This document shows, one piece after another, positions 37,278 to 50,570 of a stretch of DNA of 64,000 bases; within the stretch, counting starts at the first letter, position 1; each line of letters begins with the position of its first letter. The stretch covers positions 6,634,001 through 6,698,000 of the forward strand of contig CM119371.1 in the NCBI GenBank assembly GCA_051294905.1, written 5' to 3'. Position numbers and translations under genes: made by a program. The notes under the pieces are model-generated. The model saw nothing but the letters and a program-made list of their open reading frames with translations. It had not been told where the DNA came from and searched no databases. The stretch comes from Botryllus schlosseri (lineage: Eukaryota).

Positions 37278-38872
37278 CAGTGATTCCCAACCGCGGCCCT
37301 GAGGGCCGCATGCGGCCCGCAGATAGCCTTCTTGCGGCCCCCACAAAATATTAAGAAATCGAGTACTAACAAAAAATCAATTTTTATATTTATTAAATGC
37401 ACGTACTTGGCTTGGAGTTTTTAATTATGGGATTGCAGGAAAGTCGTGGGTAGACTGCTAACGCTACGTTGCTGCTGTTTCAATGCAATGTGCCCTAACT
37501 TTCCAGTTGAACGAGCAATAGCTATAGATATAGGTATATACATGACCATAACTGCGGCACGCCACACCCTCCAATTGGGGCGTAGGGCGAGCTCGAAGTG
37601 GGCTCAAAGTTATTTCGTGAATAAGCATAAATTATAGAGTATTATTTGAAAATTTGTGCATCTTTTAACTCCAGGCGTGATTTCATGCTGCCAAATATCT
37701 TGACTTTTGGGTAGGCTACTCATCCCCCCCCCCCCCAAAAAAAATATATTTATCGAAATGGGCATATCGGCACTTGCCATTACCGCGCCACGACGCAACA
37801 AGACATATTATAATAGTTTTACGCCATGTAACATGCGACTCCAAGAAGTGTGTCAGAACGATTGGCAGCGAGAAAACCTTGGTCGAAAAGGACTGCCCTT
37901 ATGCTGACCGAAGCTTCGTTATATATAGGCTACAAAATACTGTCTTGGCAATCTGAACCTCACAAGACACATATCATCCCGCAGGGACAAATTATATTCC
38001 AGTGAAGAAATACCAATTTGAAATAGTGTGCGTCTCTTAGTTTAGTAGCCTACGTTTGGGCTATTCTATATATTTTTGAAATAGCAGACAGGAGGTCACA
38101 AAATAACATCATGTTACGGGGTCATACCAACGGGTTCTACAGTGTCCAAGACACCACACTTAGCTCTACCGGTAAATATGATTACGTGAGCAGCGAGGAC
38201 AAGAAGTTGATAGCAATATATATGCAATTCCCAATCATATTGACTGATTTTATCATAAATTATCGAAATTTTAACGCTTCGCGCTGGCTCACTTAACGGT
38301 ACAGCTAATTTCGTGGTAAAAGCGAACAAGGTGATAGGGGTACGTTTTTCACCCTATGGGAGCCCAAGACCAACGTTTTTTTGGGGAAGGGGGGGCTCAC
38401 GAAGTGCTCTTTTGTTCCTGCCAACGGATATACACCCGGAGATGTTTCATTATTATTGAGGGGTTCTACCTTTTCAAACACACATCCCTCGGCTCTACCT
38501 GTAAAACTGATTACGTGCTGAGTAGAGAGAGGATAAAAATTGATAGCAATATATATGCGATTCCCGATCATATTAACCGGTTCAATTATGAATTACAGCT
38601 GGCTCACTAAATGGCCCCGAAAGCAGCATAATTGGTAGTCCTACAGCTCCCAAATAGCCACCAAAGGTCGATTGTTCTGAACAATGGGAGCGCAGCAACA
38701 CAATGACCATAACAATGGCCAATGGCTTCGAGCGATTGATCGGAACAATGCCAATTTTCATATTTTGGTGACTATTTTGGGTCCGTTTCATTGCCCTGGT
38801 ATTCGTGCGGCCCCGACCGTACTTTAAAATTCTAAATTTGGCCCCGACACCGAAAAAGGTTGGGAACCACTG
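37278..38872. mobile_element. Non-autonomous hAT element, 1595 bp, with an internal duplicated segment
   Basis: TIRs CAGTGATTCCCAACC / GGTTGGGAACCACTG; perfect TSD GTATAGAG; internal duplication at about 38130-38300 versus 38460-38615. Confidence 0.92.
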
Positions 38873-39596
38873 GTATAGAGCACAAAAATGCTTTCATTTG
38901 GTGTAGAAAATATGTTGGTGTCCACAGGAAAGCGGTTCACTTTGGTTTATCGACTCCATCTTTACGAAATTACAGAAAGGTCACAGTGCATGTTTATGCA
39001 ATTTGGGAAGATTTGGTTGTTCATTAAACTCTGGCCTGTGCCCAATGTCACATCAACGGTGCAATCAAGTACAAGTATCTCATAAAAGAGTTTAACCACA
39101 ATCGCCACTAATGAATATAGAGGCATGCATGGAGGCTTGCTTCTCAACGGGATTTCAAGAACATGCAGCTCAGTTATTAGCCATACCTCAAATGTTCTAC
39201 TAGCAGTCACGCGTGGTTCAATCACTTCCTATTGGCTTCAGCGTGGGAGAAAATGGAAAACTGATAACCTCCGGATATGAGCTGGTAGTTGCGATGTGAA
39301 TAGAATGTCGATGTACTTACTAAATGTGGCCTGAAAATATAGCCAGATAAAACTCACCTGGAATAACAATTGGTAAACTTGCTTGAAACATGCTACTTGC
39401 TTGACTCTGACCCATAGAAAGTCCTTGCCTGTGAGGATAAAGAAAGGATACATCGGGTTAGAAACGATTCAAATTCGAACTTTACAGTCACCCAAGGTGT
39501 CGAGGCTTGTTGTTACAGATAGAAATAAGATTGTTACTAGTGGTTGACTTGAGTATTTTGGTGCCATAATAATTTAATCATTTCAAAATTCTATAG

Positions 39597-40599
39597 CAGG
39601 GTTGGGCAATTATTTTCCTCCGTGGGCCAAATGAGAAGTAGAAAACACGTTGGCGGGCCAAGTGCGAAATTTTAGCTATATTCTCCAGCGTATTTTAATT
39701 TTATTTCTAGATTGCATTGTTATTGTTAGTAAATGCTGCTCAGTGAATGTGTTGGTAATGAGAAATTGACGGTTTAGTCAAGAACATCTATTTGCCGTCA
39801 TAATTGGCAACAATGTTAAACATGATACATAATTAACTCTCATTAAACCCCTATCCACGTTCTGCTATTAAGACTCTGAAACAGTGGTTCTCAAGCTTTT
39901 TTAGGCACGTCCTTCTTTATGATAGTGAAAAATTCCATGCGCCTGCCTTATCATGATATTACAGAACAATAAAAAGTGTAACCAGAATGCTAGCAATCCC
40001 AATCGATAGTTTGATGGCATGGGAGGTTCTGGCCGTTGATGAGAGAATTCTGAAACATAAAAGTCAGAGAATACACAGAGCAAAAACGATATGCTGGGGT
40101 GCTGGGGGCGAATCACGCGAAGCTTTTTCGGCTTATTTTGACATGCCCGTTAATAATTTATGGGTGATAAATATGATGAATCATATAGCAATCGCAAGCA
40201 CTGATTGACTTGTTTTACAAATTGTGGATTTGGAAACGTATCACGTATCAATTCGAAACACATGCCGTATAATGCGTACTGTGACATTGTCACAGTGACA
40301 ATGGCAACAAAGAAGGTTTGAACTAAACTATATGGAAAGAGTAACTTCTTGCGACTTCAACTGCTAGTCATACTTTGCCACATTGCCTTTATTTTGAATA
40401 TGGATAACGCATGCGAGGTGCGTAGGCAATGTAATCGTGGCATATTAATGCACAGGCTCCAAAGTAAACCAATTTCCTGTTCATTTGATACATCCTACAA
40501 TTTTAGTCCTTCAAAAAGCAAGTTTTATATTTTCAATTCCAAGCAACCTGTCGCGGGCCGCACAGAACAGCTTCGCGGGCCGCACTTTGCCCAGATCTG
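39597..40599. mobile_element. Non-autonomous hAT element with a partial MITE nested from 39882
   Basis: TIRs CAGGGTTGGGCAA / TTGCCCAGATCTG; perfect TSD TTCTATAG. Confidence 0.88.
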
Positions 40600-40900
40600 T
40601 TCTATAGCATTGATGGCAGATAATCGAATCCGAAATTATTGATTTTGTAAATGGATAAATTCAGAATTACTTACTTTTATGTCATGGACGGAATTGTCAG
40701 ACATTGATGCATGTCAGATTCCAACTGATTGAGGCTGAGATTGCCATGCCATTTTCTTTTATGACCAAAGCCATTTCCCATCCGACAACCAGACTATTAA
40801 ACGATATGTTATCCGATGTGATGATATTCTGATTGCAATCCACTATAACAAAATGAAGAGTGGTTATGAAAAGTAAAATCAATGAATCTATATACAACAC

Positions 40901-41290
40901 CAGTGGTTCTCAACTGCCGGTCCGCAAGGTATATGATAACTTTATAAAGTATTTTTAAATTTCATTCAATGCGATTTGGCGTCACTAATTGTCTTGATTA
41001 TTGGGTGCCCTTCCTCCAAGAAATACCCATGATATATTGCAATAGGCATTCTGGTTTCAATCATTACCGCGCCACTACGCACCATCCCATCATGAAGTTA
41101 AGGCTAACATAGGACTCTGAAAAGAGTGCCGAAAATTCGGCAGCGAGAAAACCTTGGCTGAAAAGGAATAGCCTATGTTGATCGAAAACATCGATATATA
41201 TATATTGTCCATATGTGCTTAAACGGCTGTCACCGAATCTCAATGTCCTGGCCATCTGTACCTCACAGGACAAATGCCATCCCATGGAGA
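40901..41290. mobile_element. Remnant of a CAGTGGTTC-family hAT element
   Basis: Left TIR at 40901; internal 41100-41285 matches 37825-37990 and 14150-14350 (reverse). Confidence 0.65.
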
Positions 41291-42123
41291 ATAAAATTGT
41301 TTGTTCACTGAAGCCATTTCCCATCTGACGACCAGACTATGGAATGATAAGTTTTAGAGTATAAACTTCTGATCTTAACAGACTGTAACAAAGTGAAGAG
41401 TGGTTATGAAAAGTAACATCAATGAATGTATTGTATATCCACCATAGGTTGTTCAAGCCTGGCTATATGCCAGTAGAAGTGGTAGCTAACAAGTTGCCGA
41501 TAGTCACCTCATATAAACAGAATCGAAATGCTTTATTTTTAGAATGCATATAAATTTGGTATCTTGATCATGAATAACGAATGACTTTTTTAAATCAGCA
41601 TCCCCAAAAGCAGTTTACACCTGGCAATATTTGTAAAACCGAACGCACGAATTTCTGCAGCATTGAAACAAAAAGTTACACAATTTTAAATGCAATAATG
41701 ATGAATATAGCTTGATGAATTGAAAATATCAAGTGTGAGCACTTTTATTATACATCACGACTCAGCTGAAGACTTGCACAAACTACTAATCGAGGTAGTT
41801 TGATGGTCAAGCCTAGTTCTAGCGTTGATTTTAGTGTGAATACCAATAGTGGCATAGCCGAGTCATGGGTGGGTTGAAAACTGTTACATTTCAAACTATT
41901 ACCAAAATTCTTTTTAAACGCCGATTCTATCTCCGATATTTTCAATCCCATCTCAAATTCAATGATTCGCATCATCAGTATTGCAGTTGCCAGTTACGAA
42001 TTTTCAATGCATGCTAGTCGTATTTCTAGTAGCCGGTTTCGAACAGTGAGTGGTTCTAGTTCTACATCAAGTTGCATTTTGAAGATCCAGTAATTTGTAC
42101 AAGTCTGCTCAGGTGAGTGCAAT

Positions 42124-43134
42124 CTATCTCTTCACTAATACGGATTTGAAAATTTTAAAACCTTGATCTACTTTTGGCGTAACTATAGTCCATTTGTCTC
42201 GCGATATATCATACTTTTCAGTTTCATCAGAGGTTTCGCAATCTGTTACTGCAAAAATGCACTTGTCAATGTGATACGCAGAAACGCGACCGTGACGAGC
42301 ATTCATAGAAGATAATGAACTCCATTGAGCTGAAGTAACATCGTAACATTCTACGCTGTCGACTTCTATTCCTTTTATCCACCCCCCGATCACAAATATC
42401 TTTTGATCAACTGCAACAACACCACTCGCACAAACAGGATATCTAATTGGGTCGAGATCAACCCACTCTGATGAGGATGGAGTGAATTTGCAGAATGAAG
42501 AAACTATGACACCATCTTGTCCTCTACCTCCGATACAATAGATTGAATCATTCAATGATACGAGACTTGTATTTCGAATCGCGGTAGGTTTGTCTTTTAG
42601 TTGAAACCATTGATTCGTGAGGGAAGTAAATATTTCCACGTCACTTGTTGCTTTAGTATAACCTCCAACAACGAATATTGATCCCGGCAAAGAAACTGAG
42701 TAAGGAAAGTATCCATGATCACAAATCATATCTTTGATCCTTTCCCATTTTGAATTTTTGCTCTGAAAATCGAGTCGATGAACTGATTATCACAACATAA
42801 AACGTAGATATACGAGTCTAAAGAAATCGCCGAGAAATGTTTTAAATTCTTAAACTTAACATCATGAAAATTCTCTACTTTCTCAGTTACTGGATTGAAG
42901 GATCGGATACAATCTGCGTCATCATCAAAAAGTATTATCGATTCATCTTTGCCAATTTCTTCGTTTGTTTTCTGTGATGCTTTTAACAGATGTCCATTGA
43001 TCAACTTGTACAGTTTGAAGTCGTTACTGATAATATGGTTTGATTCCAAAAGACGTTTTAAAAATGCCGGGGAGACTTTATCCAACTGGATTGCTTCGAG
43101 ACATTCGCGCAAATGTTCTTGATTTTTGCGATTT
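42124..43134 (-). pseudogene. KLHL-like copy 4, 5'-truncated pseudogene (kelch plus part of BACK; BTB lost)
   Basis: Homology to paralogs stops at about 43134, where the sequence joins the 3' flank of copy 5 through a TGGTTCA x3 filler. There is also a 1-bp deletion near 42788-42790 (frameshift). Confidence 0.92.
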
Positions 43135-43974
43135 GGTTCATGGTTCAATGGTTCATTTTGAGTGTATCTTGATCATGGATGGAAAAAACTAATGATAGTT
43201 TTTGAATCAGCGTCCCCAAATTTGTCATAAACAATAAGATAACAAGATGAAGAACAATTTCATTGGCTCTTATTAGGCCTACATTGTTGAAAGTTGATCA
43301 TTGTTAATCCACGATATTCAAAAAGTAAGAGAGCCATATAAACTTGTAACTTGTAACCTAAGCTCTATTTGGAAGCACATACTGTTGTGAGTATACCTTT
43401 TGAAGAGCGAATAACGTGTGCAAATATCGTATGCGGCTAAACAAACAAACAAACACTCGTATGAGATTTTCATGCATTGAGCAGCCCTATCATGTGCTGT
43501 GGGTTATTTCATAGTGAATTACGGGATGTTTAAAACTTGAACAGCCAACAGCAGAGGTGTCAAAATCAAATTGCGTCGCGGGCCGTATTCTAGCCTTCAA
43601 ATCGCTCTGAGGCCAGACAAGTCAACTAATGGAAAATTGTTACCTTGTGCTCTTGATTTTTCCTTGAATACGTTAAAAGCACTATAATAGATAATACACG
43701 GATCAATGGGTCTTTAAAGCGACTTGCTAGATCCAGATGGCTGACGGTAAAGAGTAGCTCAAGTTTCAGATTTTGGAAGCGAGTAATTCTAGTGTTATCG
43801 CTTAGGGCGAATAGTGATACTGGTGCTTCAAACACCGTCGAATTCTCAAACCCGTTCTTTTGAAAGGCATATTCTATTACCAACTCAGTAATTTGCATTT
43901 CAAGTACTGCAGTCTTTACGGAACTGAAAATCCATTTTTTGTACCAGTCTGCTCAGGTGACTCATGAGAGCAAT

Positions 43975-45597
43975 CTATCTCTTCACAAGTATGGATTTGT
44001 AAATTCGGCAACTTTCATCTACATTTGGTTTCACTTTAGTCCATTTGTCTTGTGATATATCATACTTTTCAATTGCATTAGAGGTTTCTCTATCTGTTAC
44101 TGCAAAAATCCACTTGTCAATGTGGTACGCAGAAATTGGACCATGACAAGCATTCATAGAAGATAATGAAGTCCACTGAGTTGAAGTAACATCGTAACAT
44201 TCTACGCTGTCGACAATCTTTAATTCTCTCCTCACCCCGCCGATCACAAATATCTTTTGATCTACTGCAACAACACCACTCGTAGATACAGGATATCTCA
44301 TTGGGTCGAGGTCAACCCACTCTGATGAGAATGGAGTGAATCTGCAGAATGATGAAAGTGCAACACCACCTGGTCCAATGCCTCCGATACAATAGATGGA
44401 ACCATTCAATGATACAAGACTTGTTGATCGAATCGCAGTAGGTTTGTCTTTTAGTTGAAACCATTGATTCACCAGGGAAGTAAATATTTCCACATCACTT
44501 GTTGCTTTATAACCACCTCCTCCAACAACGAATATTGATCCTGACAAAGAAACTGAGCAAGGACGCCATCCATGGTCGCAAATCGTATCTTTCATCCTTT
44601 CCCATTTTGAATTTTTGCTCTGAAAATTGAGTCGATGAACTGATTTACTACGACATAAAACGTAGATGTAGGAATCTAGAGAAATCGCTGAGAAATGTTT
44701 TAAATTCTCAAACTTCTCATCATGAAACTTCTCTACTTTCTCAGTTACGGGATTGAAGGATCGGATAGTATTTGCCTCACCATCAAAGAGAATGATCAAT
44801 TCATCATTGTCAGTTTCTTTGTCTGTTTTCTGTGACGCTTTCAAAAGATGTCCAGTGATTACCTTGTACAATCCAAAGTCGTTACTGATAATTTGGTTTG
44901 ATTCCAAAAGACGTTCCAAAAATGCCGGAGAGACTTTATCAAACTTGATTGATTCTACACATGCGTGCAAATGTTCCTGATTTTTACGATTTTTTTCAAC
45001 CCAATCAAACAGTAACGTCAGTTTATCTTCTTCGCATAACTTTGATTTTTCAGACATCATAGATTTGAGCAGGTTAGTTTTCTCAATATTTCCAAATTCA
45101 GGTTGGTTTGAAATTTCCATGATATTTTCATGAAAAAATGCTCTACATCGTGCAGAGACGGCATCTAGTCCATACATATCGGCAACATTTCTTGTGGAAA
45201 AGTAATTCTCAACCTCAATTGATTCCTCCAAAATGTCAGATACTGCCTGTTTCACGTCTTCCAATTGCATCATGATTGCGACATGAAGAAGATCATTAAT
45301 CTTTTCATCGGGAATCTCAAATTTTCCCGAATATATGAAATCGATGCAGTTTTTCACACACTCAGAATCGACCTTTTTCAAAACAACTTTTCCTTCACAA
45401 CTCTCTTTTGTGTCGTGCTTTAACATCGCTTTGAAATAAGCACAGCCAGCCGACAATACATTTTTGTGAGTGTAATAGACATCATCTCCCACTTGAATTG
45501 TGAAATCACAGTGATCGTTCTCTTGCTTCATCCGATGTAATTCTTCCATCATCTTCACTGAGCGTTTCTCTACATTTGGACATACAATCTGCACCAT
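43975..45597 (-). CDS. BTB-BACK-Kelch (KLHL-like) protein, copy 5, intact, 540 aa
   Basis: Uninterrupted ORF. The track start at 45606 is TTG; the ATG is at 45597. Confidence 0.95.
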   Translation of the reverse strand: MVQIVCPNVEKRSVKMMEELHRMKQENDHCDFTIQVGDDVYYTHKNVLSAGCAYFKAMLKHDTKESCEGKVVLKKVDSECVKNCIDFIYSGKFEIPDEKINDLLHVAIMMQLEDVKQAVSDILEESIEVENYFSTRNVADMYGLDAVSARCRAFFHENIMEISNQPEFGNIEKTNLLKSMMSEKSKLCEEDKLTLLFDWVEKNRKNQEHLHACVESIKFDKVSPAFLERLLESNQIISNDFGLYKVITGHLLKASQKTDKETDNDELIILFDGEANTIRSFNPVTEKVEKFHDEKFENLKHFSAISLDSYIYVLCRSKSVHRLNFQSKNSKWERMKDTICDHGWRPCSVSLSGSIFVVGGGGYKATSDVEIFTSLVNQWFQLKDKPTAIRSTSLVSLNGSIYCIGGIGPGGVALSSFCRFTPFSSEWVDLDPMRYPVSTSGVVAVDQKIFVIGGVRRELKIVDSVECYDVTSTQWTSLSSMNACHGPISAYHIDKWIFAVTDRETSNAIEKYDISQDKWTKVKPNVDESCRIYKSILVKR

Positions 45598-47625
45598 GAT
45601 TGTCAATCATCCACAACAGGATATATATTATGATCCTACGATTATTATGATATAGTCAAGCACTGTTATTGAAGTAAGATGGTTAGTAGAGCGATTATTT
45701 TGACAAGTCTAAAAAAGTCAAAATTGTTCACAAAGTCAAAAAAATTTAGACGTCCGCATTTCGTTCATATCGTAACTATACTGTATGCACTGTCGATGAA
45801 CTTATGTGATATTTTACAGCTTGTAGCCTATTTTATAGGCCTACCGTTGTAGACGGTGCATTGTAAGCTCATTGTGAATCATAAACGGTTACATGCACAC
45901 ACACACTCTCACACTACTAAGGTAATAAACATTCGTCATAAACGAAATTTATGAAGTAGTCAAATAGCATGTCTAGTCTACATGCACTTAGTCAAGTATT
46001 CAAGGACTAGGACTTGCAGTCTTTCTTAATCATTTGTTAGACCCAAGCAGCTGAGCTACACTAGAAATATTTTTAATTTGGTCAAGTGGGAAGCAGCGCT
46101 TGGTTATATATGTAACATCAATTCTACAACTTAACTAAACCAAACGATGTATTTACTCAGTCACAGTATCATGGTATAATGCCAAAACTTTCATCAATTT
46201 ATGACTGCATCGCGAACATGCATATTGCAATTTTCGTCATCTATGCAACTGAATTGTAATTTACAAATGATGCCCAATTTTATCAATATCGTTACTAATA
46301 ACAGGGATTGATGGCAGATATGGGGTAATCGCGATTAGTAATCGTAATCGATTACGACGATTACAGCATTTTGAATTAATCGTAATCGCAATCGATTACA
46401 TTAGAAAAAATCCCAAGTAATCGTAATCGTAATCGACTACTTCCCATATCTAATCGATTTCTTTGTGAAAGAACGATTACTTTTTGTTTGTACAAGGACT
46501 ATGACATAAACTGAATATTCGTGAACAAGAATGAGATAATATACCACGTCAACATTAGCACAAACGTCTGATTTTCAAACGCCACTACTCCTTATTACGT
46601 CAGAAGTATTAGCTCCGCTCGTCATTGCGTAAGAAAACAGACATGCGATGGACATTGTAGTGTGATTGTAAGAACATCCCGTGGTGTATATCAGGTTATC
46701 AATACACTACAGACGCCCCTACCTCGCAGCAGGATATTGATTGCCATTCTGCCTATAGTTTCGAATAGTAACATATGTATTGATGTTTAGTTGTGCTTAG
46801 TTAAACGCAGTTTTACCGTTGCTGCTTGGCGAGCAGTAGGCCTATGTACGCACGTACACCTGACAAAGATTCGGAATTTTGTACTCGTCGAATAAAACAT
46901 TGCAGTTTCCACAACGAAGCATTACAAATAAACAGCTGCTGATATATATCATAACCGAGCCGTGCTTAGCCGTTTCTCGTAACAGCCGCTCGCAGTATAT
47001 GTATTAAGTTGGCGGAAGAATTTTTATGTTCATTATATCTTATTCTCATCTAACTACTTGAAACGGGCGCCAATCGTTATTTCACAGTTCGTTACTCAGC
47101 ATTTGGACCTGCCGTCATAACCATTCGCTTATATAGCCTGACCCTGACATATTAGCGTGGGTTTCAGAACCAAAACAGCAATTCGTCCCCCAGTCCAACC
47201 GTTGCTCAATTTTCAAAACTGAGTTTCGTCAATAATATTGATAATTGCATTATATTACTATTCATTTTAACCTCTCTAAGCCCCGAGTGTCAGATTTACC
47301 TGTAGAGCTGGTACGTAATCCATAATTAAAGCATCTGGTATGTTGTTATAATTACTTTATTGTATGTTGGAAATTCGTGACCTCCAGTCTGTTGTATAAT
47401 GATAAGATATTGTACTCGCCCAAACGTAGCAGACTAAAAGAAAATCTTTCGTGAGACGCGCACACAAATTTTCATGGCTTTATTCTTTTGTGAATGCGCA
47501 GGGTGGCATTTGCATTGTGGGCTCAGATTGGAAGGACAGGACTTATTTGTCACGCCCACCCAGCGCGGCTATTGACAATGGACGAACACCCCAAGTTTCG
47601 GCTAAGGTATTTCTTTGGTATCACA

Positions 47626-49670
47626 CAGGGTTGTAATGACTCGAGTCATGACTCGACTCGAGTCAGACTCGAGTCACGATTTTTTTATGACTCGACTTGA
47701 CTCGAGTCATTTTCTTGAAATGGGAAAATGACTCGACTCGACTCGAGTCAATATTTGGATTGACTCGACTTGTACTCGAGTCATTACGCATGACTCGACC
47801 CAAGTCATTGACTCGGCTTATTTTATATGACTTAAGATGAAGAAATTTGCGAATCATAATGGCTAGATCAACGCATCCGACGAATTCTGCCGACATCGCT
47901 ACTTGTCACCACTGCTTTCGTTGCACTTGTCTGATATCAGATATGCCGCCGTAAAAACAACAGAAAATGATACATAGTAGCAATGCATTGTACAAAATCG
48001 TCCAGTGATGAAGAGGTAATAGATCCTCCGCAAATAAAGTACTCAAGACTTTTCAATTATACAAGCAAGCAATTGAATCAAAGTTCAATTAGAGCCAATG
48101 AAATGACTCAGATGGTCAAGAGACTGGGCTCATGTGTAGATTTGAAGGCGATGATTCTTTGCATTTTTGGGCGACTAGAAAGAATGACTATTCAATGCTC
48201 TTCAGTGTGGTTCAAAAATGCTTGTCAATTTCTGCATCTAGTGCACTAGTGGAACGTGTATTCAGTAGATATGGATTCATTCTACGGCCATGCCGCTTTA
48301 ACATATTTGAGGATCTCCTTTCCACATTAGTATTTTTGAGGTGTAACTCATTGATTTGATCTGCTGTCTGTGAAAACACACAATGCGCCTCGTCCATTTG
48401 ACGTTTTGTTAGGTATGTGCATGGTGCACGTGAGTAATAATGAATGGCTAATGTTGTGTGATGTTTGTACAATATGGCTGTTCTAAAATAACTTCTTTTT
48501 TATTTTACTGGGTGGTTACTTGATAAAATTGTTATGTTGCATAAAAGGAACACTGAATCTGGCTTAATTTGAAAAAAGTGGAGTCAATGATGTGAGAGGA
48601 GAATATTTTGGATTTTAAAATAAATGCAGTATTTTAGTGAGAAATTCTTTCATATAATATAATTACATAGTAGTAAGCCGACTATTTTTTCATATCCAAA
48701 ACATTCTACTCTAATAACTTCACTTTTTCTAGTTGGAATTGAGTCAAATTTGCTATGAATCATATTTTTACACAATGTAACAATATCATGAGATAGCCGG
48801 TAAAATTCGAAAATCTCTATTTGTAATTAGTCTAAAATTTTCTTTCATAGCATTGCATTCTACTGGTTGGAATTGAGCCAAATTTGATTTTTTAGACAAT
48901 CTAGCAATTTTAAGAAGTAGCCGGAAAATTTGAAAAAATGTTTTTGAACAGCCCCATTTTACAATTATTTCTCCAATGCTGTAACTGCGATGTAGTCTGT
49001 AATGCAATTGGGAAAACCTTTAGTATAATCAAAAGGTATCTGTTCTGTTGTCTCTGCACAATGCACATAGTTGCATGCACGCTTTTACAGCATGCTGGAC
49101 TGTTGTAAATACCTCTACATAAACATGCATCTATTGATTCTCTATCAACTAGTATCTTGACGTGAATTTGTTGGTTCTCTATCATATATAGTATGTAGAC
49201 GTGAGTTCGTTGGTTCTCTATCAGATATTCGTTAGCTATCGTCGATGTGTTCATAATAAAAACTGAATGCTTGTATTGGTGATGTATCAGACTGACAAGA
49301 GAGATATTTGATTTTAAGCTCTAAGATTAGTAAAGTTATCTTTAGCATCGGTAAATGAGGCCAGGACCTGTCCGTTATCTGCCTAAATAAACACGTGCCA
49401 AGACTCTGATAGGGACAAAATGAGCATGTTTCGCAAACAGGGAATTCGATATCACCCAAGCAGGATTGAAAACATGAGTTGAACATGACTTCAATACTGT
49501 GACTTGGACTCGACTCGAGTCATAACACCATGACTCGGACTTGACTCTTTAAACGGTGACTTGGACTCGAGTCTGTGATGAATTGAAAATGACTCGAATC
49601 GACTCGAGTCAAAACCACAAAAGTATGATTGACTCGTGACTCGGAACCATGTGACTTGGTTACAACCCTG
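47626..49670 (+). mobile_element. Internally deleted hAT element retaining the C-terminal dimerisation domain
   Basis: TIRs CAGGGTTGTAA / TTACAACCCTG; TSD GTATCACA/GCATCACA; 48132-48359 encodes LHFW...LSISASSALVERVFS..GFILRPCR...LVFLRCN (Dimer_Tnp_hAT pattern). Confidence 0.92.
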
Positions 49671-49848
49671 GCATCACATCCCGTGCAGTTGCGTGTTGGC
49701 CAAAACTGCATATGTCTTTTGGTGTGTTGTGAGATCGTGGTGCGGTAATGACCGGCTCCGAAATGCTCGTTCCCATAAAATAGCCTATGCATGTTTTTTT
49801 CTTGAGGGGGGATCGGGTATGCATTTCAAACCCAGCTATCCACTGGAG

Positions 49849-50339
49849 CAGAGGTCAGCAACCGTTTTGAAACAAACAGCTACTTCTTGTGTAATGTGTA
49901 CTGATTATTGCGACGACCGATGGGTTAACGCCTACTCCAGTCGTTTATCCGTGCTCAGTTGGATTTCTTAACTTAGAAGCACTGGGGCCGGAGCACCCGA
50001 GCACTGGGCCGGGTTTCCGCCCCTCACCAAGAACAAAAGACGCTCACTCGCCGGGACTCACACCAGCTCCTCCGGGCTCGATTGGCTTGCTGCAGTGCGC
50101 GCCGAAGCGCCAATCTCCGCGTCGAGACTCGGGAATATTAACTATAGATTCCCGTTGAGCCGCCGCGTGGGCGAAGACGTGCAATGCCCCGAGCGACTGC
50201 GTTCGTCTGTTCCTTGGGTTCGGCCGACGCACGTTCAGCTGCTGCTCATATGAAACCAGCTTCAACTTTCTAGTCTCTCATTTGGATATTTGCTACAGCG
50301 ACCGCGGGCAACTCATTTGGTCCGCGTTGGTGACCCCTG
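49849..50339. mobile_element. hAT MITE with a GC-rich interior
   Basis: TIRs CAGAGGTCAGCAAC / GTTGGTGACCCCTG; TSD CACTGGAG/TACTAGAG. Confidence 0.8.
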
Positions 50340-50570
50340 TACTAGAGACATTTGAATCGCGAAGCTCGAAGACCATTTTCAAGAATTAATTAAATTCTCG
50401 AAAATACTCTATAATTTATGTTGGTTTACGAAATATTTGAGTCCCCTTCGAGCATGCTCCCCACCTTATTAAGGAATTTAGGGTGCGGCAGGTAAAGACC
50501 TGGCAATAATGCAAATCGTAGGGTGCGATAAATCATCCCCTATAAAGTTGGGCAATTGGTATATTATGAC

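Noticed and set aside
50044-50265. GC-rich ORF inside a MITE, with a faint resemblance to a LINE C-terminus in one frame
   Set aside because: Too short and interrupted to assign without a database search.
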